Shown here: piece after piece, positions 46,323-59,311 of the stretch
Position numbering within the stretch: position 1 is the stretch's first letter
Layout of the letters: each line of letters starts with the position of its first letter
Assembly: GCF_046119375.1 (NCBI RefSeq)
Contig: NW_027362771.1
Span: 344,286,001-344,350,000, forward strand
DNA length: 64,000 nt
Reading direction: 5' to 3'
Source of the DNA: Phyllobates terribilis
Taxonomy: Eukaryota
Notes under the pieces: model-generated
What the model was told of the DNA's origin: nothing
Seen by the model: only the letters and a program-made list of their open reading frames with translations
Database searches by the model: none
Translations under genes and position numbers: made by a program

Positions 46323-46503
46323 ATGGACCATAGCAACAGGGAGAAGGATGACCGACCACGAGCAACTAAAGCTTTGCCAGTGCGGACTGGTCATAGCTCC
46401 CGGCCGTCCAGCTCGACCACCTCCTCAGGAGTTCTTATGGTGGGACCCAACTTTAGGGTGGGAAAGAAGATTGGCTGTGGAAACTTCGGGGAACTACGGT
46501 TAG
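46323..46503 (+). CDS. csnk1g1: Casein kinase I gamma 1, first coding exon (181 nt)
   Basis: [16 protein letters not shown]...[28 protein letters not shown] (CK1-gamma Gly-rich loop); the MDH..REKD N-terminus is gamma-1 type; Kozak AACATGG; donor G|GTAAG at 46503/46504. Confidence 0.97.
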
Positions 46504-47807
46504 GTAAGGTGACATGAACCCTAGACACATTATTCTAGTAGCACTGCCCTCTTGTTCTTCTGCTATGCTTGAAATCATTGAACTACCAGGTATAGCTTGG
46601 GTGGTGCATAACTCATGTGTATGTATATACTGTATATCTCACATGCTCCACCCAAGCTATAGTATAGTATAGGAAGGAACTCAGCAGAGCAGTTGTTCCA
46701 AACATCTTGGAGAACTAACAACAGATCTTCTGTGGATGTAGACGTGAGCAGATAAGATCCTTCTATCTCCCTGTAATTCCAAACAGAATTAATGATGTTA
46801 ACATCAGGGCTTTGTGGAGGCCATATCATCACTTCTGTATAAATATGGCATAAATTCTATTTTATTTAACCTTTCACTTTTGCAAACATATTGAAGCCCA
46901 TAAAAAAAAATAAAATGACAACGATCATTTAGCAGACCATACATTTATTTATGAAACTGGCTATCCCTCCATCAGGATACAAATTTTAGAACAAAACTCT
47001 TTAGCTTTCACTGTTTCATGTCTTATTGTTTGTCTCTGTTAGGGTTTTTATGAAGAATAAAAACACTTACAGATTTTTTTTTCTGCCTTCACATTCTTTA
47101 AACCCTTAATCACCAGGCCTGAAAAGGCCTTAACGTGGTTTCCCAATTTTGGAAATTCCCTTTCAATTCTGCTTTTTTTTTTTAAATAATGAAGTTGTTC
47201 TTTACTCCCAGTCACCGGGTCCAGCGATGAGGCTCTGCCACTGCTCCCAGCATCTTTTGTTTGCCGTGCTGATGTCCCGTCGACAGCACTGCAGCCAATA
47301 ATCGAGCTCAGCGGCTCTGTCTGACTTAACAGCACAGGTCACTATTCCACTGCAGTGCTGTTGTGTTGATGTGACTTTTACAGTGTAGATAGTAACAGAG
47401 ACTGGGAGCAGCAGTCAAGACTCAGTACTTGACCTTAGAAGGGTGAGTGAGGTGCAGTTTGTATTTTGATTTTTGTTAAACTGCAGTGGAGGAACCAGAG
47501 GCGTACGATCGCGACCGCAGAGGTTGTGACCGGGCCCATGTGGGCGAGCGGCCCTCCGACGCCAGCAGAAACTTCAACTGGATGTCCATCCTCGGCTCTG
47601 TGCAAGGCAGTACATGCTGCCCAGCCAATCAGAGGCCAGCATCTAACTTCTGCATGCTTGTGACTGGGGGCCCATGGCAGTGACGTCATGCACTCCCGTT
47701 GCTTGCATGCTAAAGTCAACTGCTGACTTCAGAAGAGGACACTGCGCGGCGAGAAGGGGAGTATAATTTTATTTTTTCCTATGCATTAAAGAACAGCGGC
47801 AGAACGG

Positions 47808-47965
47808 GGGACATATACCAGGATGGGGCCCAGGATAAGGGACATATATACCAGGGTGGGGCCCAGGATAAGGGACATATATACCAGGGTGGGGCCCAGG
47901 ATGCGGGACATATATACCAGGGTGGGGCCCAGGATGCGGGACATGTATACCAGGATGCGGGACAT
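47808..47965. repeat. 33-bp minisatellite
   Basis: GGGACATAT anchor at 47808, 47839, 47872, 47905 and 47938. Confidence 0.88.
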
Positions 47966-48275
47966 AGATACATAGATTTATATCTATCTATATCTCTCTC
48001 AGGATTGGGGGGGGGGGGGGGGCCTCCAAAATTTTGCACCTGGGTCCACCGGACTCTAGTTGCGTCACTGAGGAAAAGTGATTAACACAACCAGAATACT
48101 CCATTAATGTTCAGAGAAATGTTTGTCTCCCTCCATTTCAGCAGCCAGAAGTTATTTATCTTTGTTAAATTCTGGAGAATTTTTTTATTTTTTTTAATAA
48201 AATTGTTAACAAGTCCACACTAAATAACCCATGGAATGTTTCTTCAGGTTATTATGGTTGTGTAGATGGCTAATA

Positions 48276-49833
48276 CACTGTGTGCCGAATTATTAGGCAA
48301 GTTGTATTTTAGAGGATTATTTTTATTATTGATCAACAACTATGTTCTCAATCAACCCAAAAGACTCATAAATATCCAAGCTTAATATTTTTGGAAGTTG
48401 GAGTGTTTTTTTTTTTTAGATTTGGCTATCTTAGGAGGATATCTGTTTGTGCAGGTAACTATTACTGTGCATAATTATTAGGCAATTTAATAAAAACCAA
48501 ATATAATCCCACCTCACTTGTTTATTTTCACCAGGAAAACCAATATCAGTGCACAAAATTTAGAAATCAACATTTCTGACATGCAAAAACAAAACCCCAA
48601 AAATTAGTGATCAATATAGCCACCTTTCTTTATGATGACACTCAACAGCCTTCCATCCATCGATTCTGTCAGTTGCTTGATCGGTTTTCAATCAACATTA
48701 CGTGCAGCAGCCACCACAGCTTCCCAGACACTGTTCCGAGAGGTGTACTGTTTTCCCTCCCTGTAGATCTCACATTTTATGATGGACCACAGGTTCTCTA
48801 TGGGGTTCAGATAAGGTGAACAAGGGGGCCATGTCATTATTTTTTCTTCTTTTAGACCTTTACTGGCCAGCCACGCTGTGGAGTAGTTGGATGCCTGTGA
48901 TGGAGCATTGTCCTGTATGAAAATCATGTTTTTCTTGAACGATACCGACTTCTTCCTGTACCACTGCTTGAAGAAGTGGTCTTCCAGAAACTGGCAGTAG
49001 GTCTGGGAGTTGAGCTTCACTCTATCCTCAACCCGAAAAGGTCCCACAAGTTCATCTTTGATGATACCAGCCCATACCAGTACCCCACCTCCACCATGCT
49101 GGCGTCGGAGTGGAGCTCTCTGCCCTTTACTGATCCAGCCTCTGGCCCATCCATCTGGCCCATCAAGAGTCACTCTCATTTCATCAGTCCATAAAACCTT
49201 TGAAAGATCAGTCTTAAGATATTTCTTGGCCCATTCTTGACATTTTTATCTTATGTTTCTTGTTCAAATGTGGTCGTTTTTCAGCCTTCCTTACCTTGGC
49301 CATGTCCCTGAGTATCGCACACATTGTGTTTTTTGATACTCCAGTAACGTTGCAGCTCTGAAATATGGCAAAACTGGTGGCGAATGGCATCTTGGCAGCT
49401 TCACGCTTGATTTTCCTCAATTCATGGGCAGTTATTTTGCACCTTTTTTGGCCAACACGCTTCTTGCGACCCTGTTGGCTATTTGCCATGAAACGTTTGA
49501 TTGTTCGGTGATCACGCTTCAAAAGTTTGGAAATTTCAAGACTGCTGCATCCCTCTGCAAGACATCTCACAATTTTGGACTTTTCAGAGCCCGTCAAATC
49601 TCTCTTCTGACCCATTTTGCCAAAGGAAAGGAAGTTGCCTAATAATTAAGCACACCTTATATAGGGTGTTGATATCATTAGTTAACACCCCTCCTCATTA
49701 CAGAGATGCACATCACCAGATTTACTTAATTGGTAGTTGGCTCTCAAGCCTATGCAGCTTGGAGTAGGACAACATGTATAAAAAATATTGTGTGATCAAA
49801 ATACTCATTTGCCTAATAATTCTGCACACAGTG
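48276..49833 (-). mobile_element. Full-length-size Tc1-like transposon with a frameshifted transposase
   Basis: TA-CACTGTGTGC(C/A)GAATTATTAGGCAA TIRs-TA; MGQKRDLTGSEKSKIV..., TDEMRVTLDG, IQDNAPSQ and SPYLNPIENLW. Confidence 0.94.
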
Positions 49834-50322
49834 TATATGTAGGTTTTTGTTTTATAATAGCAATTCAGTAAAATGTTTCAGAAGAAATATTGTTTTTTTG
49901 TTTTGTTATTTTTTTTTTGCTTCTCATTAGCTCCCACTCCTGAGAAAAATTACTGACCAAATACTGATAGTGGGGCTGTGGGCTAACTGGGGCATTCAGT
50001 GGAGCCCCAGTTAAATGAAAACTGCACCATGATGTGCTTCACATCACTGGCACGGCTTATTTGGGGCTGCTATACAAATCCTCTTTGCTTTTTGCCCAAA
50101 AGCAATCATGTGGTTGTTGCGTCTTATGGGCACTTTTTTTTTCTTTAAAAAGGGTTATCCTGAATCTTTTTCTCACAAAACTAGACCTCAATCTGCTCCG
50201 CCCCTGAGGCTCCTTAACATGCTGTAGTAAAAAGTACTTGCAAACTACAGATGTACTTTGCCCTTCAAGGCGTTAATAAATCTTATGACTCTGCTATTCT
50301 TTTATTTTATGTTGTCCTTTAA

Positions 50323-50779
50323 AGGGGTTGTCCATTCCAAATCAATAAGTCTATAGTCTCTGTGTGACTGCAGACTTATTAATTCCCCCAGCGTGCGCAC
50401 TGTGTGCTTCGGGGATTCACCAGTTTATGAGCCGGGACAAGAGGGTGTGTATGACTTATACATACTCCTGGGCAGAGCCTGTCCAGTGGGCGTGTCCTCG
50501 CTCCATACACTGCGCCCTCTAGTCAGCCACGCCCACTGAACGGCAGCATCACTAGCCAGAGCTTGGCCTCTTGGCCTCTCTCCATACAAGTGTATGGAGC
50601 GAGGCCGCGCCCAATGGACAGGCTCTGCCCAGGAGTATGTATAACTCATACATATCCTCTGGTACCAGCTCAGAAACCGGCAATTTCCTGCAGCGTGCAG
50701 TTTGCGCACTGGGAGGATTCATAAGTCTGAAATCACACAGAGAGACTGTAGACTTGTCGATTTGGACCGCACAACCCCT
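50323..50779. mobile_element. Kolobok/T2-type palindromic MITE
   Basis: TTAA TSD at 50319-50322 and 50780-50783; AGGGGTTGT termini; long internal inverted arms at ~50455-50520 and ~50590-50650. Confidence 0.8.
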
Positions 50780-50898
50780 TTAAGATACTAATGCGTTGGC
50801 TTAGTAACTGAGTCTAGAAAAATGTCTGTCCTCATTTCTCCAGGCTTGTTGTGTGTGCTCGTAGATATATGTGAGATATATTAATATAATACATAGTG

Positions 50899-51030
50899 NN
50901 NNNNNNNNNNNNNNNNNNNNNNNNNNNNNNNNNNNNNNNNNNNNNNNNNNNNNNNNNNNNNNNNNNNNNNNNNNNNNNNNNNNNNNNNNNNNNNNNNNNN
51001 NNNNNNNNNNNNNNNNNNNNNNNNNNNNNT
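50899..51030. other. Assembly gap (N run)
   Basis: Run of N. Confidence 1.
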
Positions 51031-52646
51031 ACTTTGGACACACCTCCTCAATGAAAGATTTTTCTGTATTTTCATGACTATGAAAATTGTACATTCATAC
51101 TGAAGGCATCAAAACTATGCATTAACACATGTGGAATTATATACTTAACAAAAAAGAGTGTGAAATAACTGAAGATAGGTCTTATATTCTAGGTTCTTCA
51201 AAGTAGCCACCTTTTGCTTTGATGACTGCTTTGCACACTCTTGGCATTCTCTTGATGAGCTTCAAGAGGTAGTCACCGGAAATAGTTTTCACTTCACAGG
51301 TGTGCCCTGTTAGGTTTAATAAGTGGGATTTCTTGCCTTATAAATGGGGTTGGGACCATCAGTTGTGTTGTGCAGAAGTCTGGTGGATACACAGCCGATA
51401 GTCCTACTGAATAGACTGTTAGCTGCTTTTTTCTTGCCATAATACAAATTCTAAGTAAAGAAAAACAAGTGGCCATCATTACTTTAAGAAATGAAGGTCA
51501 GTCAGTTTGAAAAATTGGGAAAACTTTGAAAGTGTCCCCAAGTGAGTTGGAAAAACCATCAAGCGCTACAAAGAAACTGGCTTACATGAGGACCGCCCCA
51601 GGAAAGGAAGACCAAGAGTCACCTCTGCTTCTGAGGATAAGTTTATCCGAGTCACCAGCCTCAGAAATCGCAGGTTAACAGCAGCTCAGATTAGAGACCA
51701 GGTCAATGCCACACAGAGTTCTAGCAGCAGACACATCTCTACAACAACTGTTAAGAGGAGACTTTGTGCAGCAGGCCTTCATGGTAAAATAGCTGCTAGG
51801 AAACCACTGCTAAGGACAGGCAACAAGCAGAAGAGACTTGTTTGGGCTGAAGAACACAAGGAATGGACATTAGACCAGTGGAAATCTGTGCTTTAGTCTG
51901 GTGAGTCCAAATTTGAGATCTTTGGTTCAAACCACCATGTCTTTGTGCGACGCAGAAAAGGTGAACGGATGGACTCTACATGCCTGGTTCCCACCGTGAT
52001 GCATGGAGGAGGAGGTGTGATGGTGTGGGGGTGCTTTGCTGGTGACACTGTTGGGGATTTATTTAAAATTGAAGGCATACTGAACCAGCATGGCTACCAC
52101 AGCATCTTGCAGCGGCATGCTATTCCATCCGGTTTGCGTTTAGTTGGACCATCATTTATTTTTCAACAGGACAATGACCCCAAACACCCCTCCAGACTGT
52201 GTAAGGGCTATTTGACCAAAAAGGAGAGTGATGGGGTGCTACGCCAGATGACCTGGCCTCCACAGTCACCAGACCTGAACCCAATCGAGATGGTTTGGGG
52301 TGAGCTGGACCGCAGAGTGAAGGCAAAAGGGCCAACAAGTGCTAAGCATCTCTGGGAACTCCTTCAAGATTGTTGGAAGACCATTTCCAGTGACTACCTC
52401 TTGAAGCTCATCAAGAGAATGCCAAGAGTGTGCAAAGCAGTCATCAAAGCAAAAGGTGGCTACTTTGAAGAACCTAGAATATAAGACATATTTTCAGTTG
52501 TTTCACACTTTTTTGTTAAGTATATAATTCCACATGTGTTAATTCATAGTTTTGATGCCTTCAGTGTGAATGTACAATTTTCATAGTCAGGGAAATGCAG
52601 AAATTTCTTTAAATGAGAAGGTGTGTCCAAACTTTTGGTCTGTACT
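51031..52646 (+). mobile_element. Tc1-like transposon, defective; left end lies in the gap
   Basis: Long TIRs (TTTGGACACACC...); DDE region PTVMHGGGGVMVWGCF, FQQDNDPKH and SPDLNPIEMVW (51945-52484); the start-codon segment is inverted. Confidence 0.93.
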
Positions 52647-53116
52647 CTGTGTATAGATATAGATATTGTAAATATTTTAGAACACACGTGTGTGTGTGTG
52701 TGTGTGTGTGGTAATGGCAGTTCTGTTTGAGAGCTATTTTACGTGTATTCAGGTTCAGTGTCCCTTTTGAATTTATTTATGGTATAGTCTTTTACGACCC
52801 GGCCATGTACTGGTCTATTCTACTGTTATATTGTGTTATATTGTCTGTACTTGTAAAACGTGAAAAGCTGCATGAGAATTTCCAGTGACGAGGATGGCTA
52901 CACTCCCAGCGCCTGTGACCTTCAGTGAAGAATCTCGCACGGTTTCTTTACTGTCGGTAGTTTGTGTGTTTGTCTTCTGTTTTGTGAATTCCATCATTTT
53001 ATACTTTTTCTTGACTTTATAAATCCTCATTGTACCTTTTTATAAATTGCAATTGGCAAGAGTCAGAAGTAGCAAGTTTCTACAAATTTGTAATTCTTAT
53101 CTTCTCCCTCCTTCAG

Positions 53117-53157
53117 GCAAGAATCTCTACACAAATGAATATGTGGCGATTAAACTG
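53117..53157 (+). CDS. csnk1g1: Casein kinase I gamma 1, 41-nt coding exon (G)KNLYTNEYVAIKL
   Basis: CTTCAG| acceptor and |GTGAGT donor; phase matches the previous exon; encodes the VAIK catalytic lysine. Confidence 0.97.
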
Positions 53158-53675
53158 GTGAGTATATAGCAGTCGTGTATACGTGTGCGCTCTGGTAAGG
53201 CTTACGCTGGTCTTTCCAGTTTCCTGACTTAAACCCTGGCTTCCTTCCTTTTCCTGCAGTTTAGCGTATGTATAAACTATGGCTGGCTTCCTGGTTCAGC
53301 ATGTCAGGGTTCACAGGTTACTTAGATGCTGTGAGAGACACTAGATGGCCATACATGAGCCATTATCAATCTATCACTTTTGTGCAAAGTATTTTGCTTG
53401 GACAACGATTCTGAGTCTCTGAACCAGTCCACCTAGAAATTTGCTTTTGTCATGCCATAATGTCTGAAATGTGTCTGAGTTATTTGGGCTCAGTATGTGG
53501 ATTTTAATAATTTTTCACACAAAGCTGACTTTTTTTTTTGGGTCAACAACTTCCTGGTTGCTGGACTTCTATCTATCTACATGTTGGCCCGTCTATGGGC
53601 TTCCAAGCATGGATGGGAGGAGTGGTACAGTAATGATGAGCGACAACCCATTTTGCTATACCCTACTCTTAGAAA

Positions 53676-53835
53676 NNNNNNNNNNNNNNNNNNNNNNNNN
53701 NNNNNNNNNNNNNNNNNNNNNNNNNNNNNNNNNNNNNNNNNNNNNNNNNNNNNNNNNNNNNNNNNNNNNNNNNNNNNNNNNNNNNNNNNNNNNNNNNNNN
53801 NNNNNNNNNNNNNNNNNNNNNNNNNNNNNNNNNNN
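53676..53835. other. Assembly gap (N run)
   Basis: Run of N. Confidence 1.
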
Positions 53836-54248
53836 GGGAATCTGACAGCTGATGCATTCTGCTCGATTCACAGACAACATATATCAGACACTCTCTGTAT
53901 AGTTTTAGTCATGCAAGTTTAACTCTGAAACGTTGCAGCATTTGAAAGAAATCCATTTAATAGTCGCCAGGGACCATGGCGCAGGGAGACTAGTTGATGT
54001 GGTTCCCTGGCTGCTTCTCCATGCCCGCTGCCCAGGAGTGACAGGTCTCTATGCACACAGGGAGAGGAAACCTGTCACTCCAGGACAGCGGGCAGGAAGA
54101 ATCTGTCGGGGATCTGCCTGTCTGACTAGTCTCCCGTGCGGCCCGGTGGCTATTAAATTATGTCTTTAACTGAAATGCCACAATGTTTCAGAGTTAAACA
54201 TGCCTGGCTGAAGCTATACTTAGAGTGAATGATACATGCTAAAAAAAG

Positions 54249-54478
54249 AGAGAGATTCCAGCTCCTAAAATTCCAAGATTTATTCCAAGTATTTAAAATA
54301 ATGAATCCAAAAGGTGATCAAGACTACACGTTTCAAATGCTCACCGGCGTTTTGTCTGAGCTGCTCGGACAAAGAACACTGGTGAGCGTTTCAAGCGCGT
54401 TGTCTTGATCACCTTTTGGAATTCATTATTTTAAATACTTTGAATAATTCTTTCAATTTTAGGAGCTGGAATCTCTCT
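54249..54478. repeat. 230-bp near-spacerless inverted repeat (Penelope-like remnant)
   Basis: Arms AGAGAGATTCCAGCTCCTAAAATT...GAGC / T / GCTC...AATTTTAGGAGCTGGAATCTCTCT; centre at 54362. Confidence 0.85.
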
Positions 54479-57400
54479 AAATTTTTATTTTTTTTGTCTG
54501 TGACTTACACGTGTGGTCATACGGTTTTCTTGCTTTTGGACGCCCAGAGCCGACTAGGTGAGCTGGTTTCAATCCTTCCTTTACCGATACATGCTGCTTG
54601 TGGATCGGGCTGTATTAGCCGCTGAATGTAGAAGGAGCCGCTCAGCACCCTACATTTTGTATCGAGCTACTTTGAGCAGTTCCTTTGTTCGTGTTTACAT
54701 CTGACGGCTGCCAAAGTGGTTTTCAGCTGATCTTTGGAGTGCTCGGTATTGGACCAGCACCAGTCTCAAATTGATTTGCCTATTCTGTCAATGGGTCATC
54801 AATGTTTTCTACCCAGACATACCCCCTTTAAGCTTTACTCTTAGAAGCCGTAATTAAATCATGCCTTTTTAGATATTGCTACTTGACCCCTTAAGACTGT
54901 CCTACATATTCTTCAAAAAGAGACCATGTAGAAGTCGGTGAATGAAAAACATGAACAAAAATATTCCTCTTAATTAGGCCTGCCTAAGAAAAACTAGTGC
55001 ACCAGAGCAAATACTTTTCTCCTTTTTTTAGGAAGGGATGGGGGGGTTCTTGACATAAGACAAAAAATTATTCAACCTAACAATAGTAAAGCAGAAAGCT
55101 TGGAAGAATTGTAGTGATAGAGGAAACTCCACCCATGTCTATAATGCTAGCCTGCGGATTTGCTCCTAAGAAGCTAAAAGGAAGTCGTTAACTTTGTGCT
55201 TTGTTTACCTGACCTTGATTCCTTAATTCCATTTACTAGTAGAAGAGTGATCATGTGTTACCCAGCAGAGGGGCTGCTTGTGTGCACATTTTATCCATTG
55301 CATGCCCCGTTCTAACACAGACCTGCATTTGAGTTTTTTTTTTTTTTTAATAAGTGCAATGGGGAAATACTGGTTTTGTCTTGCTCAGATGCTTAAGGAG
55401 GATCTGTCACCAGTTTTTTGCTACCCTATCTAAGAGCAGCATAATGTAGGGGCAGAAAGCCTGATTCTAATTGTCAGATAATTGACTTGGTTGTAGCAGT
55501 TTTGATTCTGCTGCAGATCTAGCAGAGCTCTGAATGTTGAGCCCTGTGTAGCCCCGCCCACATTACTGATCAGCAGATTTCTGTATACACTGCACTCAGA
55601 GAAGGATGCTAATCAGTGCTGGGAGCCTGGTTGCACCAGGAAGCACTAGGCTGGTTAGTCCTCTACTGATAATCTGCTGCTGATAAAAGTGTGACTTTAT
55701 TTAACCAACAGCAAATAGTCCAGTAACACACAGCAAAAACCTGCTGACGGATTCTCATTAATTTCATTTTCTAATGTTACTGTAGTTCCTAAGCTGCTGT
55801 TCATCCTTTTTAATTATCATCCTTTTATCACCTGTCCATTTGATAGGTGATTACTTGCTGATTAGTGGGTGTCACATCGCTGGGACACACCGATTGGCAG
55901 AATGGGTAACTTTTATCCCCATTAGAGTGGGAGTACGCATGTTTGACCAGTGCTCCATTCGTTCCCTGTGTGGCTGCAGAGCACTGCTCTTGGCTTTTTC
56001 CAGCAGCCCCATTGAGAATGAATAGACTGACGGTCAGATGTCCATCCTACATAGTAACATAGTTTTTAATTTAAGGTTGAAGGAAGACTAAGGCTATGGG
56101 TTGAACTAGATGGACTTGCATGTTGATCCAGAGGAAGGCAAAAAATCCCCATGTGGCAAACACTAAGCTCCACATTGGGGAAAAAAATCCTTCCTGACTC
56201 CATACGACAATCCGACTAGTTCCCTGGATCAACGCCCTATATCAAGGAATCTAGTATATATTACCTGTAATATTATACTTTTCAAGAAAGGCATCCATGC
56301 CCTTCTTAAATTTTAATAGTGAATCACTCATTACAACATCATACGGCAGAGAGTTCCATAGTCTCACTGCTCTTACAGTAAAGAATCCGCGTCTGTGATT
56401 ATGATTAAACCTTCTTTCCTCCAGACATAGAAGATGCCCCCTTGTCCCCGTCTCAGGCCTCAGAGTAAAAAGATCAGTAGAAAGGTCTTTGTACTGTCCC
56501 CTCATATACTTGTACATAGTAATAAGATCACCGCTAAGCCTTTGTTTTTCCAAACTAAATAACCCCAAGTGTAATTTGTTTTCCAAACTAAATAACCCCA
56601 AGTGTAATAACCAGTCTTGGTATTGCAGACCCCCCCAGTCCTCTAATAACCTTGGTCGCTCTTCTCTGCACCCGCTCTAGTTCAGCTATGTCTGTCTTAT
56701 ACACCGGAGACCAGAACTGTACACAGTATTCTAAGTGTGGTCGCACTAGTGACTTGTATAGAGGTAAAATGATGTTCTCCTCATGAGCATCTATGCCTCT
56801 TTTAATGCATCCCATTATTTTATTTGCCTTTGCAGCAGCTGCCTGACACTGGCCACCAAACGTGAGCTTGTCGTCCACCAATACACCCAGGTCTTTTTCA
56901 GTGACAGTTTTGCCCAGTGTTTTACAATTAAGCATATAATTATACATTTTATTTCCTCTACCCAAGTGCATTACCTTACATTTATCACCATTAAAGCTCA
57001 TTTGCCATTTATCAGCCCAAGCTTCTAGTTTACATAGATCCTCCTGTAATATAAAATTGTCCTCCTCTGTATTGATTACCCTGCAGAGTTTAGTGTCATC
57101 TGCAAATATTGAAATATTACTCTGTATGCCCCCTACAAGGTCAATAAATAAATATGTTAAAAAGAAGCGGGCCCAATACTGACCCCTGTGGTACCCCACT
57201 GTTAACTGAGACCCAGTCTGAGTGTGTTCCATTAATAACCACCCTTTGTTTCCTATCACGGAGCCAGTTCTTAACCCACATAGATATATTTTCCCCTATC
57301 CCCATTGTTCTCATTCTATGTATCAACCTCTTGTGTCGAACCGTATCAAAAGCCTTTGAAAAGTCCATATACACAACATCCACTGCATTTCCTTGGTCCA

Positions 57401-57555
57401 GTCCGAAACTTACCTCTTCATAAAAACTGATCAGATTAGTTTGACAGGAACGATCCCTCGTAAACCCATGTTGATATTGGGTCATAAGGTTATTCTTCTT
57501 CAGATACCCTAGTATAGCATCTCTTAGGAAACCCTCCAGGATTTTACCCACAGTA

Positions 57556-59311
57556 TTATTATTAATTATTATTATAGCGCCATTTATTCCATGACGCTTT
57601 ACATGTGAAAAAGGGGTATACATAGCAAAAACAATTACAATAATCTTGAACACAATGTGACAGCGACTGGTACAGGAGGAGCGAGGACCCTGCCTGCGAG
57701 GGCTCTCAATCAGTAGGATACAGTAGGTGAGGGTAGAGCTGGTCATGCAGCGGTATGGTGGAGTGGTGGTTAATGCAGGTTGTAGGCTTGTCTGAAGAGG
57801 TGGGTCTTCAGGCTCCTTTTGAAGGTTTCCACGGTTGACAATAGTCTGATGTGTTAGGGTAGAGAGTTCCAGAGTGGGGGGGAAGCACCGGAGAAATCTT
57901 GTATGCGATTGTGGGAGGAGGAGATAAGAGGAGGGGAGTAGAGCAGGAGATCTTGTTGGAGGTTGCGCGCGGGTATGTAACGGGAGACTAGGTCAGAGAT
58001 ATATGGAGGAGACAGGTTGTGAATGGCTTTGTATGTCATGGTTAGGATTTTGAACTGGAGTCTCTGGGCAATGGGGAGCCAGTGAAGAGATTGACAGAGA
58101 GGAGAGGCTGGGGAATAGTGGGGAGACAGGTGCATTAGTCGGGCATCAGAGTTTAGGATAGATTGGAGGGGTGCGAGAGTGTTGGAAGGGAGGCCACAGA
58201 GCAGGAGGCTGCAGTAGTCAAGGCGGGAGATGATGAGGGCGTGCACTAGTGTTTTTGCAGATTCATGGTTGAGGAATGTCCGGATCCGGGAGATATTTTT
58301 GAGTTGGAATCGGCAGGAAGTGGAAGTGGCTTGGATATGTGGTTTGAAGGTGAGTTCAGAGTCCAGGGTTACCCCCAAGGCAGCGAGCTTGAGGGACTGG
58401 GGAGAGGGGGCAGCCATTGACGTTGATAGATAGGTCAGTTGGGGGGGTTGAATGAGATGGCGGAAAGATGATGAATTCTGTTTTGTCCATGTTAAGTTTT
58501 AGAAATCTAGCAGAGAAGAAGGATGAAATAGTGGACAGACATTGTGGAATTTTGGTTAGTAGGGAGGAGATATCGGGTCCAGAGAGGTAGATCTGTGTGT
58601 CATCAGCATAGAGGTGATAATGAAAGCCATGAGACTCTATGAGCTGTCCCAGGCCTAAGGTGTAGATGGAGAAGAGTAGGAGTCTTAGAACTGAACTTTG
58701 GGGGACACTGACAGATAGAGGGCGAGATGAGGAGGTGGTGTGTGAGTGGGAGACACTGAATGTCCTGTCTGTTAGGTATGAGGAGATCCAGGATAGGGCC
58801 AAGTTTGTGATGCCGAGAGATGAGAGTTTGTAGTAAGCGGGAATGGTCTACTGTGTCGAAGGCAGATGACAGGTCTAGGATGAGGAGGACAGAGTAGTGT
58901 CGCTTGGATTTGGCGGTCAGTAAGTCGTTGGTGACTTTAGTCAGTGCAGTTTCAGTAGAATGGTGCTGTCGGAAACCAAATTGTAGGCATTCGAAGAGGG
59001 AGCAGGAGGAGAGGTGGGAGGACAGTTCAGAATGGACGTGTTGTTCCAGTAGTTTTGAGGCATAGGGGAGAAGTGATGTGGGGTAATTGCTAGTCAGAGA
59101 GGATCGGTCAAGGGATGGTTTTTTGAGGATGGGTGTGATTGAGGCATGAGGGGAAGATGCCAGTTGTTAATGACAGGTTAGAGGTGGGCTAGGGTTGGGA
59201 TGAAGATGGTGGTAAGGTTTGGGATGAGGTGGGATGGGATTGGGTCAAGTTTACAGGTGGTGAGGTGTGATTTGGAGAGTAAAGAGGAAAGTTGTTCTTC
59301 CGTAATGGTGG
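57556..59311 (-). mobile_element. 5'-truncated L2 LINE nested in CR1 ORF2
   Basis: Same family as 10287-14910; splits the CR1 peptide PVSLTS|TVGKILE; AGTA duplicated at 57552-57555 and 59312-59315. Confidence 0.92.

Noticed and set aside
47484-48070. CAGTG...CACTG-bounded element as a hAT MITE
   Set aside because: No matching 8-bp TSD was found and the boundaries are uncertain.
56541-56607. 33/34-bp tandem duplication in the CR1 3' region
   Set aside because: It is real but a trivial slippage event in a dead LINE.
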